Below are positions 1 through 12,900 of a DNA stretch of 64,000 nucleotides, piece after piece. The stretch is from assembly GCA_964252035.1 (NCBI GenBank), contig OZ176200.1. One strand, 5' to 3'. The translations under genes and the position numbers were made by a program. The notes below the pieces were generated by a model. That model did not search any database, had not been told where the DNA came from, and was given only the letters and a program-made list of their open reading frames with translations. This stretch comes from Podarcis erhardii (lineage: Eukaryota). The stretch's first letter is position 1. Each line of letters starts with the position of its first letter.

Positions 1-490
1 GTGGCAAAATGTTCATATATTTTCTGCATCTAAGTGTGTTTTTGGCATAGGGTGTAATTCAGTGTAGCACTTAGTGCTATAGGTATGCATGAAATGAGGT
101 CCCCAATCCTCTAGCACAAATTTTAGGGGAAGAGGGAGTCCTGTTGCATGAATGGATGCCATTCTGCACCCACAACTTATTTTTTAAGACCTCTGGGTGG
201 GATTCAACTCTCTTCCACCAATTGCCTCTAGGCTACATCCATATGGAGGAACATGTGAGAAAACAAACCAGGTTTTATTACAAAAGCACACTATTAAATA
301 TAAAAAAACAAGAGACCAACTGGGTCAGGGTCCTAGTCAAAGAAATACTGAAACAAATAATGCATGCAATCCATTACAGTTGATCAGAGGCTCCAGGGGG
401 GATACTATAACTCCTATCAAAAACTGAAAATGCTTCCTGCCTTCTGACCCACAACTTAACCTGCAAAAGTCAAAGCAAAAGAGGTACTAC

Positions 491-496
491 TTTATT
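491..496 (-). terminator. Candidate STK36 polyadenylation signal (AATAAA)
   Basis: TTTATT on + strand, about 490 nt downstream of the STK36 stop codon. Confidence 0.5.
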
Positions 497-981
497 CTGG
501 CCAGCGATGCCACTGTTCTCTTTTCTGCTTTTAAGTAGCGATGCTTGGTGACTTGTGGCTGTCCACTCTTCTTCTTCAAGGGGAAAGGAAGAAATTCTCA
601 GAAAAAAAGAAAAAACAACTTCATGAAAGACCAGTATCCCAAGGCACTTAATGTAGAGTGCACTGAGCTAAGGTTTTTGCTACACATGAGCTACACGTCT
701 TGTTTAGGTAGGAGAACATAGCAGCTTGGCTTTTTCCATGGATGGTTCATAGCAAGAAAATGGTGAATGGATCTGAACAGCGGACTGTGGCACCTCTGTT
801 CAGATGATGTAAAACAGAGTTCTACTTCCAACTACTTCCAACTTCAGCTAGAAAGACTAGCACGCTCTTGACATTTTGGCATATCGAAGGCCACTCCAAG
901 ACAGTAGCTGCAATCATATTTCAGCTCCATGGTTCTCAAAACCTGGTGTTTGGAAGAGCACATTGGAACCCTCTTGAATTC

Positions 982-3900
982 TCAGGCACTGTGTGCAGGC
1001 TGCAGGAGGTGGATCAATTTCTTACAATGCCTTGATGATGAGGGCCGTGGGCTGCTGTAGGCACTAGTCTGAGGTTTGTTACATGAAAGTGCTTCCAACT
1101 TTTCACTTGCTCCGAGTGACACCAGCACCTGGAAAGGAGATTGGAACAGATATATGTTGTGCCCTGGCATAGCCTATTGTGCTAAGCTATGTAGGGCATT
1201 AGCACAATTACTTAGAGAAGGCCTGTGTTTTTAATCCTGCCTCCAACATCACTTCCGCATTATCAGGACACTGTGTTAGGATTTCCATCTTCTGCAAGTA
1301 ATGCACAGCTGATTGAGGAATATGTTATGTTGGGGATGGGACTGAAAACAAGGCCCCCTTTTGAGTAATTATGGTAACTCCCTCAATGTGAATAACACAG
1401 CAATAGGATTCTATAGAGAGCCTCATAACTCCAGTGTATCTTCAACGTCTGGTACTGAGAAAGATGTCATTCTGACAGAGCTGTTCAATACTGGAATGAA
1501 CAGACTCCCATGAGAGGTGTTGGACTCTCCTTCCTTGGAAGTTGTTAAACAGAGGTTGGATGGCCACTTGTCACATATGATCTAGTTGAGATTCCTGCAT
1601 TTTGGGAGTTGGGCTATATGACCCTCAGGAACCCTTCCAACTTTACAATTCTATGATTCTTGGGGAGCACAGTCATGTTTTCATAGAAAGGAGACTAGCA
1701 ACTTAGGGTTGTATTCAGTGTACTGTCAGTGCAAGGCCTTTTGGCTGTGCAAAGTAACTCCCCTTCCTCCCTGCAAACCCTCTAAATCTGTTAAGGGGCT
1801 TCCACAGCCATCCAAAGCAAATTTGGGGAAGGTGTGAGGTGCACAAGAATCAAGGAAAGTTCCATTGCACAAATGCCAATCCTTGCACTAACAGAGCAAG
1901 TGCATTGGATACCACCCTTACACATAAAAAGTGATGATTGTAACTAGGTAAAGGAAGAATGAGATCTACTGTTGGATGACCTAATATAAGCTCAGGGACA
2001 CTTGGAACCAACAGAGAGTTATCATGGAAAAAACATCTATTCCTTGAGAATCCAGTGGTGTGATAGTTTGGAGCTCACTTATGTGCAACTGTTTTTGAAA
2101 GAATGGAACAGGTTGAGTTATATTGATAACTGCTAATTAAGATGACAAAGCAAGTCAGCTATCACACACTGACTGTTTGTAAAGTGCTTCTCTCATAGAA
2201 AGGAAGGGTCAAGAGAATATGGCAGCTAATAGCAGCAATGAACTCTCAAGCCCCCCCCCCCCCCGCCAACAAGAACCTACCAATGTCATTTTCCTTTTTT
2301 GCCCCAATGTACAAACCTCAATTCTTGACCAGCAAGCAAAGTTTCATTATCCTCAACAACCACGGCAGGTAACCTTGCAATAAGGCTTCCGTTATGCATT
2401 GTCAGGAATTAACTGAAGCACAATAAATCTGACTGCTGGTTTATTAGGGCCTGCCCTCAGCTCGCCAAGTCTTTTCCCTCCACAGTTGCTGAACTAATAC
2501 CTGGTGGATCCTGGGCTGCTGGCCAATAGATCGAAGAGCAATGAGTGCTGCCTCTTGCACAGCTGGTTGCGAATCATGACAGGCCACATCCAATAGACGA
2601 CCAGGTACCCTGCTCTGGATCAGCAAATCTTCCAGTTCCACCGACTGGCGGCCCAAGTTGCCCAGTGCTGAAGCCGCATTACAGCGGGTCTTGGCTTGCG
2701 GATCACTCAGGAGCTGAACAACCCAAGGGACTGCTTTGCTGAGGGCTGGAGTAAGAGGGCCAGCCTGGTAGGCTGCATTGCCAACAGCAAAGCTGGCTGA
2801 GCGTCGCACATGTTCGTCCTCATCCGAAAGGCATTCCAGCAGATGTTCCAGCAGCCCAATCTGGTCCTGCAGAACCTGAGGAAACCCCTGTCTGTGGCGC
2901 AGCAAGTTCCCCAAAAGGCTGCAAGTTTTGGCACGAACCGGGCATTCTTGGTGGCACAGCAGGTGGCTCAGTGGTTGGGAAGCAGAGTCTGAACCACATA
3001 GGAGTCTCTGTAGGAAAGGCAAGTGAGCTGGACTGGCCCGAGCTATGTGGGTGAGCAGAGAGAGCAAGTCTGCAGTAAGGGCTACTTGGTCTGATAGCAA
3101 AATGGCAGACAAGAAGGCAACAGCATGCTTTGAGGCAGCCACCCCCACCACCTGCTCAATGACTCCCTCGTCGCTCAGCACCAAGTGGCACAGGAGACTC
3201 AATGGCAACTCTGTCTCTGAGAAGGGAAGGTGGTGAATGCAGGCCTACAAAGAAAGCAAAAGCAGAATAGTGTCTCAAAGTGTGCATACCAGTATGAAGT
3301 TGGCACCAACAAAGTTGTGTTTGTGCAAAGACTTCTGCTTATGCTATGGAACTTACTTTCCTCACCCTAGCCACAAAATCTGTTTGTAGTCTTTCCACAA
3401 ACTGGACAACTTTGTTGGACATAACTCTGAACCTTTATCATTTTAAAAATGTTTCCCATAAAGGGTAAAAATTCCCTTATGTCTTTATGAGACTGGCATT
3501 TCCATCCCTTCCCCAGCCTACAACCCCCTTCAAAAAAGGCATTTGGTGCCTTGTTTTATGAAAAGCAGTTTTTTGAGTGCATCCACATAAGCACAACCAC
3601 CATGAATCAGGATGAAAGGCATTGCTTTGTGTGGAGCAGGGCAACTGGTCTGGCTAAGGCAGAGTCTGCATCTAGTGCTTAGACGACCAACATGAGAAAA
3701 GGTTTACCTGGAGTAACCGTGCAGGGATTTCAGAGTCCCTTAGACCTGTTGTAATAAGCTCTAAAGTTTCAGGGTCCATGTCCAGAGCAAAGGGGAAACA
3801 GAACAGCTGGCAAATTTGGAGCACAACAGCCGATACCAGTTCTGGGTCACCATCCTCTTGCATCTGCCTGGAAGAGGGAAGAAAGCCGTCAAAGTGAGGT

Positions 3901-6900
3901 GTTAACTTCCAGCTGTAAGTATATTTGGGCTGCAATAGTAAGCTCCAGACTCTGGTCTGAAACCCTGGAGAGCCTCTTATCTGTCAAGTGTAGACAATAA
4001 ATGAAAATGAGGTAGACTAATAGTCTAACTTGGTATAAGGCAACATTCTATATTCCATCTGCCCTGCCCTGGCCTTCAGCCATTACATGCTGGTTTTATT
4101 TTTTTATTTTTTAAATAATTTTTATTAATTTTACAACATAAACAAAAAACAAACAAACATAACACGACTTCCCCAAACCTCCCCTTCACTGCATTCTTGT
4201 TTTAAAATTTTTTAGCAATCCTTCATCCCTTTTTATATTTAATTCTCTTTAAAAATTTTTAAGCTTAAGTTTTTACAGCTGTAATTCTTTATATCCAATC
4301 CCTTGACATCTTAACATTCCGAAATTTTACAACAATTTTTAAGATAGATTTTGAATTTTTTCCAGTCTTCTTCCACTGTCTCTCTCCTCTGGTCACGGAT
4401 TCTGCCGGTCATCTCTGCCAGTCCCATAAATTCAGTCACCTTGGTCTGCCATTCTTCCAGAGTAGGTAATTCTTTAGTCTTCCAATACTTTGCCAAAAGA
4501 ATTCTTGCTGCTGTTGTTGCGTACATAAAAAATGTTCTATCTTTCTTTGGAACCATTTGGCCTACCATGCCCAAGAGAAAAGCCTCCGGTTTCTTTACAA
4601 ATGTCCACTTAAGGATTTTCTTAATTTCATTATAGATCATTTCCCAGTAGGCCTTAATCTTCGGGCAGGTCCACCAAAGATGATAAAAAGTTCCTTCGCA
4701 TTCATTACACTTCCAACAGTTGTTATTGGGCAAATGATATATCTTTGCAAGCTTGACTGGGGTCATGTACCACCTATAGATCATTTTCATTATATTCTCT
4801 TTTAAGGCACTACATGCCGTAAATTTAATACCTGTGGTCCATAACTGCTCCCAGTCAGCAAACATAATATCATGACCAATATCTTGTGCCCACTTAATCA
4901 TGGCTGATTTAACCGTTTCATCCTGTGTATTCCATTTTAGCAGCAAATTATACATTCTAGACAAATTCTTAGTATTGGGTTCTAGCAATTCTGTTTCTAA
5001 CTTTGACCTCTCCTTCTGGAATCCTAGTTTCCTGTCCTGCTTAAGGGTCTCATTAATCTGGTAATAATGTAACCAGTCTCGGACTTTAGGTTTCAATTTC
5101 TCAAAGCTCTGTAGTTTCAACTTTTCACCATCATATTCTATAATTTCACAATATTTTGGCCAGTCTGAATCCATGTTCAGTCTTTTTACCGCCTTGGCTT
5201 CCATTGGTGACAACCACCTGGGGGTTTTACTCTCTAACAAATCTTTATATCGGTTCCATACATTATACAGTGCTTTCCTGACAATATGGTTTTTAAAGTT
5301 TCTATGAACCTTTACCTTGTCATACCATAAATATGCATGCCAACCAAAGTTGTTATCATAACCTTCCAGATCCAGAATATCTGTATTCTCAAGAAGTAGC
5401 CATTGTTTCAGCCAGCAAAAAGCTGCTGCTTCATAGTAAAGTCTTAAGTCCGGCAGGGCAAAGCCCCATCTATCCTTTGCATCAGTCAAAATCTTAAATT
5501 TTATTCTGGGTTTTTTGCCCTGCCAGACAAATTTAGATATATCTTTCTGCCACTTCTTGAAACAGTCCATCTTGTCTAAAATTTGCAATGTCTGGAACAA
5601 AAATAACAATCTCGGCAATACATTCATCTTGATAACAGCAATTCGGCCTAACAAGGAAAGTCTCAGCCTAGACCATATATCGAAATCTTTCTTCACTTCC
5701 AACCAACATTTCTCATAATTATCTTTGAATAAGTTCACATTCTTAGATGTTAAATTTACCCCCAGATATTTTACTCTTTTTGCAATTTCCAAACCGGTTT
5801 CTCTTTGGAAACTATCTTTTTCCCCCATCGTTAGATTTTTTTCCAACACCTTTGTCTTATGCTTATTTAATTTGAAACCTGCTACTTGACCAAATATTTC
5901 AATTAATTCCAAAACTCTTTTTGAACTGGCTTCTGGCTGTTGCAATGTCAAAACTAGATCATCTGCAAATGCTCTTAACTTATAATGTTTAGTTCCGACC
6001 TGTATTCCTTTAACCAGCTGGTCCCTTCTAATCATATTCAGGAAAACCTCCAGTACCGATATAAACAATAGGGGGGATATTGGGCATCCCTGTCGTGTCC
6101 CTTTCTCTATTGGAATCTCGTCCATGACCATACCATTTACAATTAGTTTAGCCTTTTGCTCAGAATATATTGCACCTATACCGTTTTCAAAGTTTTTGCC
6201 TACCCCCATCCCTTGGAGATTCCTCTTCATAAAACTCCAGCAAATATTGTCAAAGGCTTTCTCTGCATCCACAAAAATCAACACAGCTTTTCTATTTATG
6301 TCAGTTTCCAGAAGTTCCAAAATGTCTATAATGTTCCTCACATTGTCTGACAATTGTCTACCTGGTAGAAAGCCTGTTTGGTCCCTGTGAATCTCCTCTA
6401 ACAAAACTTTTTAAAATCTTTTTGCTAAAATGTCTGCAAAAATTTTATAATCCACATTCAGAAGTGATATAGGGCGGTAGTTCTTGACTTGATGTTTCTC
6501 AGTTTCTGTCTTCGGTATAAGTGAGATGAATGCTTCCTTCCACGATTCGGGAGCCTTTTTCCCCTCCAAGATTTGGTTGCAAACTTCTTTCAATGGTTGT
6601 ACTAACCATTCCTTCAATGCTTTATAGTATCTCGCAGTTAGTCCATCTGGTCCTGGTGATTTCCCTAGTTGCATATCCTGAATGGCACTCTCTATTTCTT
6701 GATCTGTAATTTTCTCATTCAAACTCCTTCTGTTTTTTTCGGAAATTTTTGGCAGGCCGTATTTTTCAATAAATTCTTCTATCTCTTGTTCATTCTTTGG
6801 CCCTTGTTTATACAGTTTCTTGAAAAAACTTTGAAAACAATTACTTATCTCATTTGGTTTATTAATAAACTTCCCATCTACTTCGAGTGATGTCACCGTA

Positions 6901-9900
6901 CATGCTGGTTTTAAGGGATGTCTTGAACAAAAAGTTAATTGCTCTGAGCCAAATCACTGTTTTTTATAAAAGAAGCATATATGCTCTTTTATAGCTATGT
7001 TACACCAGAGGGACACGGGTGGTGCTGTGGTCTAAACCACTGAGCCTAGGGCTTGCTGATCAGAAGGCCAGTGGTTCGAATCCCCGCAATGAGGTGAGCT
7101 CCCATTGCTCGGTCCCAGCTCCTGCCAACCTAGCAGTTCGAAAGCACATCAAAGTGCAAGTAGATACATAGGTACCACTCCGGCAGGAAGGTAAGCAGTG
7201 TTTCCATGCGCTGCTCTGGTTTTGCCAGAAGCGGCTTAGTCATGCTGGCCACATGACCCAGAAAAACTGTTGGCTCCCTCGGCCACTAAAGTGAGATGAG
7301 CGCCGCAACCCCAGAGTCGTTTGCGACTGAACTTAACTGTCAGGGGTCCTTTAACTTTTTTGTGTTATACCAAAGCAGAAATAGGCTTAATGTGCACACC
7401 TTATTTTGACTGTAATTTTTGGAATTAGGAATCAAATACATTGGCGAAGTTTGGAAAAGGGCAAGGAATAAAGGTTTACATAGGGATGCTGTAATAAGAA
7501 GCTGAAACTGAGGAGAGTTTGGGAGATATGCAGAGCACAACTAGTGCCTCTTTCTAATCTAATCTAATCCAATGGCCTGCTCAATAAAAACCTTTACGGA
7601 CAAGTATAATCCTAAAAACTTCATCTTTAATATAAAAACAAAGGTTGTTAGAAAGCCAGATTCAGCTGCATGTATCTGGAACATTCCTGAGATTGAACAT
7701 AGGGACACAGAAGGTTGCATATCATCCACTTCTGCGTCTTGGGGCAGCTTTCTTGCTGAAAATGGAAGTTGGTAAGAAGGGGAGGAGCTAGACCAAAATC
7801 AGGGTTGGGGGAGACTGTATTGCTGTGCTGTGTTTGGGTAAATGACAAGTATGTTTCTATGCAGCAGCCCCCTGCCCTTGTCCCACTCTAGCAGCATTTA
7901 GTTTACTTCCTTCTATAGCTCAGCCTCGGATTTATCACTCACGTTTGTGCCAAGTAAGTCAGGAAGTCAGGTTCAAGCAGCTTGCTCAGGGTTGCCATCA
8001 TGACCCCATTGGGCTGGCCCAGCTGGAGAAGGCACTGGTGAGGCTCTCGTGTGAAGATGAAGAGGGCTAAGCTCAGGAAGAGCAAGGTTCCTACAGCAGG
8101 GAAAGTACGAGTGAGTACCCCTTAGCCACCTATTCAATGTCCCCTTGCCTTTCCCAATCAGAGAGGTGACTGCCAGAACCAGGCCTGGCACCATGGAAAG
8201 ACTGTGAGCATCCTTATATACAGCCTCACCAAGACGAACCTCCTCAGCTCTGTCTTCTGACATGTAAATAGCAAGAGGAGACGCCCAAGAGGCAATTTGG
8301 GGTGGTTCTTACTAAAGGAAAGCCACTTTGTACCTTGTGGCGAGATGAGGTTCCAGTATGGCTCTGGTGCCTGCTGGCCAGCTCTCGGGGTGTCTCCTTC
8401 CATCACTGGCTCCTGAGAAGTCAAGTGGAGCACCATGGCAAAGCGATGCCACACGATGCCCCAGAGTTCGGTGGTAGCAAACTCCCGCACTACTGCTGCA
8501 TCTCCCTGACAGAAGAGGAACAAGCCCCAAAGCAGTGAGATGGGAGCCTAAACACCCTATTCTGCATTGCAGCTCAGGGATTTGGCTCATCGGAGACACC
8601 TTAATTCCGTGGATGCTCCCTCTGTAGCCTGACAGACCTAAACCCTTTCTGACTGGACCTCTCTTCCCACCTGTATCTAAAAAGCAGGAAGCTGGGCGTC
8701 CACTAAGAGGAATTGCTGCACATAACTCAGCTGATATGCCCAGAAAGGGCAGAGACTTAACTGCCCTCCCCATTTTGCTAGGGAATTTAAGGTCTTCATC
8801 ACCACCAACTGTAACATATATTTTCAAAGATGGAACGGGGCCAGTCCTGCAGAATCCTAAGACTCTGCTTTTATTACATTTTAGCTATCATAATATATTT
8901 TAATTGGGTGGAAGCAAACTTCTAGTCCATAAGAGGGGAAAAACAATGAGGTAATATGCAGGTGGCTATAGGTGAGAATTTGGCTGGAGTTTCTTCACAC
9001 ACACAAATATACATACACAGCAAATTGTATATATAGTGCAATGTCCTCATCAGTATTTTTTAAAACTTTCAAATTCTATAGAAAGAACTGAGCCACCTAG
9101 CCAGAAAATATGCTTGGAAATTATCATATCTGTATAACTATGTTAGCAAACTGAGTTGCTTAGGTCCAGTTCTAGACTGTGCTGTCTTTATCTCAGTGTT
9201 AGCCAACCTGGTGCCCTCCAGATGTTTGGAACTCCACCTCCCATCAGCCCCAGTTAAGTGTAGATTAGAAAATGGTTGGGGTGATGGCAATTGTGGCCCA
9301 AAACATTGAGGATGCCAGGTTGGGGAAGGCTGCTCCGTCCTTTGACCCAAAGTGGCCCTTCCAGTTGTGGATAGGGCAACCTCCAAGGAAGTCCATGAAC
9401 AGACAGGACAGCACCTGGATGAGAGCCAGTTCCCTACTGCCAAGAGCTGAGGGGCTACACATGGCCTTGGCAGAATTAAGCAAGCCATTTCTTACCCTAC
9501 CCCATTCTGCTTCACCTAACAGTAAATACTTTCCCTAATACCTCCTGGATCATTTGTGTACATCCTCTTGAGCAGCCTTTGCCAACTACGTGCCCCCAGA
9601 TGTTAGACCATAACTGTCTGTTGGACCACATGCTGGCTGGGGCTGATGGGAGCTACAATCTAGCAACATCTGGAGGTCACCAGGTTGGCCAATGCTGCTC
9701 TAGAGAATGCAAGGAAGCTGCTTGGTGGGGCATGAAGTCATACCTGGCTTAATAGCTGCAGCATCAAGAGCAAGAGCCCATCATAGAAGCCAGCTCCCAT
9801 GGGAGGTGGCAGGCATAGCTGAAAGACACCAAGAGAAAGGACTAGACCTGAGACAGTGACCTCAAAGTCAACCACTATATGGCATGACAAGCATGACACA

Positions 9901-12900
9901 GCCAGTGCCCTATGTGTCCTGATTTGCCCCTGTCTGTCTGGAGCTGGTTTCTTACCTCCGCAGGTTCTGTGAATACAGTAGCTATAATGGCCATGGCTTC
10001 CTCTTGCCTGATCATCACAGCAGCGCCATTTTGAATGAAGTATGTCAGCAGCAATCCTGCAGCACTCTGCATAAGACAGAGAGACCCCTCTGTGTGCAGG
10101 AATGGCCAGAATGCCTTCTTTACTCGAACTGGATGCAAATCTAGTTATTAGACTCCCCGCAAGAATGGCAATGCTGCTTTCTCCTTCATAGTCTACAGAA
10201 GTCCAACTCCGATACCTCTGGTATGACAGGGTAACAGGCAGACCATTTCTTTGCAGTCCAGAAGTATCTAGTACACATTTGTGGGAACAGTGGGATACCT
10301 CTTTTTCACAGCTTGTGAAGCTCTGTCTACAATACTTCCAACTGTGTGAGGAAAGATAACTGTTTGGTCCTTTCCTTGACCTTAGTGAGAATTCATCACT
10401 CGCCATTGGGTGCATTGTGGAAGAGTTTCTTGTGAGTACAAACCTACAGCTGGGGCTACTGACAATCAGATTACACATATGGGGTAAAAGAATCTATATA
10501 GACAGTTCTAAACTCTACCCCGGAGTAGAGATTACTCACTAGAACAGAGGTAGCTGTTGCATGGTTGAAAAGAGCCACGGCTTCCTTCAGCACTATTTCA
10601 GACCTAAACCACAATCAAAGAAATAGCAGCATTAGAAGGATGAAGCAACGAATGCCAAGGCCCTCATCTTTAAAGCTAGCAATACTTGCCAGACAGTTAA
10701 GTGTGTGCCTGGAAAAGGAACGGCAGCCAAAAACTAAGGCTGGGGCTGCACTGTGGCTCAAAAAATGTGATTATGTCATGTAGCAGATTCAGTGGAATCC
10801 TAAAAACCAGTAATTTCATTTTCTAAACATCAAGAAAACTTCTTGGCAGCATTGTTGCTCACTCCTGGGTAGTTTCTGCTTCAGACTAAGAAACCATCAG
10901 TTCGACACAGCTTACAGTCACCAGAAGTCTAGTCCTTAACACAGATGCCAGCTCTCTCCTTATGTATATTCTGTGTAAATAGCTGGGAGGCTATTGCTAC
11001 TGGGCCCCACTCTGGGCAAGTTGCTCCTGAGTTTAGGGCAGCTACATCAAACATTAAAAGAGTGAAGTGGGAGGGATGTATCTGCTTACAGAGCACAGTG
11101 AAGCACCATTGCACATCTTCCTGCAAAACATTTCTTGGACTGGCACATTTTGCGATGGGGCATATCCCTCAAAACCAGGGTTGTGTTGGACATTTCCGGA
11201 GAACTGCAGATCAGTTTCCCTTTTTTGTCAAGTGCCTCCCCATTTTAGCACTGACTCTCCTTCTTGCCAATCCACTTCTTGTCAATCCACACCACTCGTT
11301 AAGTCTCTGCGAGCCTTTTCCCTTGTTCCCAAGCAGTCAAGGCAAGAATATGAACGGTGCCAAAGCAACAACACTTACTGAGGTGGGAGGATCTGTAGCT
11401 GGAGGAGCAGGAGGGAGAAGAGTCTCAATGAGGCTTCAGCTGCCTGTACTTGTGCCACTTCAGTCAGTGGGACCTTTCAAAGAGACAAGGCTCAGTCCTG
11501 AAACACTGGCTCCACAAACCATCACCTTTCCATCCCATATCCACTCCTAAGAGAAGCTATCCAATGTTCCTCTCACAATGTTTTGCTCTAAAACCATGCT
11601 TATCTCAGTGCCCCTCCCCTGCCCATGCCAATCATGTTGGAACGCCTCTCCTGTTTCCACACCATCCTTTCCCTGATACAGTTTCCAGTTCCTTGCTCAT
11701 TAACTCTCAAACCCCAGCATCTCTGGTTAAAAAAGGATCAGGGAGTAGGTTGACGAGAAAGACCCCCTGATCGAGATCAGGGAAAGACATTTCCAGTCAG
11801 AGTGGACAATATCAGATGGAAAAATAGTTTGACCTGGTAAGAGGCAGCTTCCTTTCTCCCCCACCCCACCTTCTTAGGGCTGAGACTTTGCATGTGCTCA
11901 TGATGAGGCAGTTCTCTTTGCAGTTTCAGAATAAAAAAAAAATACCTTGCCTTGCAGGGCACAAATCAGGGAACTCAGTCTTTCTGGAGTTGCTAAGCGA
12001 TGGCACAGAGTCAGACTGACATGGCAACAGGCATACAGGACCTGGGTGATGGAAATGCAAAGCAAGATCAGACCACCGAGGCATCATCACTTTCTTCCCA
12101 AGTGAGGAGGGAAAAGGGAATGGATTAAGGCATGTTGCCTCCAAGGATAAGATGCCCTGGGCACCAATTCCCCGACTCCCAGAGAAGCAAAAGGAACATG
12201 GGGAGACGCGTTACCTTCAACCCATTGAGAGAAGAGGCAGAGCACTCTATTCCTGAGAGAAGACTTGGCAGCAGATCATTATCTTTCTCAATGAGCTTTT
12301 GGGCTACTTGCTGAGAGATCTGCAATGGAAATCCCTTGCCTTCAGTGCTAACACCATTATCAGTTTCCACCACTTGAGGGAGCTATATAGCCAACCTCTC
12401 AGAAACATAAATGCCAATAAAACTCCCACCTGCTTTTTGGCCTTATGACACGTGCTGTGCCCTCCTGGGATGCCGCAGGATGCAGCTAAGGCTGCAGTAG
12501 AGGCAACTGCCAAGTGTTCACTCCACTCTTGCACTGCCTTTGCTTCTTTGGGGAACACTGGTGGGGGTTGGGGAGCAAACAGAATACACCAAGTAAGGTT
12601 AAATACACCAACTGGAAGTGGAACAGAAATGCCACTTATAGTGACGACATCTATTATTGTCTACTTTTATTTGTCACTTTTTTGCTCAAAGTAGACCCAA
12701 AGCAACTTACAAGAATAATACAAATATTAAAACTAAAACAGAACAAAAACCTAAAAATGCATCCTCCATATAAAAGGGAGGTCTACTACATCCATCCTAC
12801 CTTTAAACCATCAAATTAAGAGTGAAAAGCCTGGGTAAAAGAAACATTTTTGCCTGGTGCATAAAAATAGAGATGACACACTAGGCTTGCCTCTCTGGGC

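Noticed and set aside
6404-6413. Apparent frameshift between the two L1 ORFs
   Set aside because: Both ORFs are in the same frame; the break is a single in-frame stop codon.
9738-10478. 246-aa minus-strand ORF in STK36
   Set aside because: Only the last ~26 residues are a real exon; the rest is intron and an out-of-frame exon, with no coherent homology.
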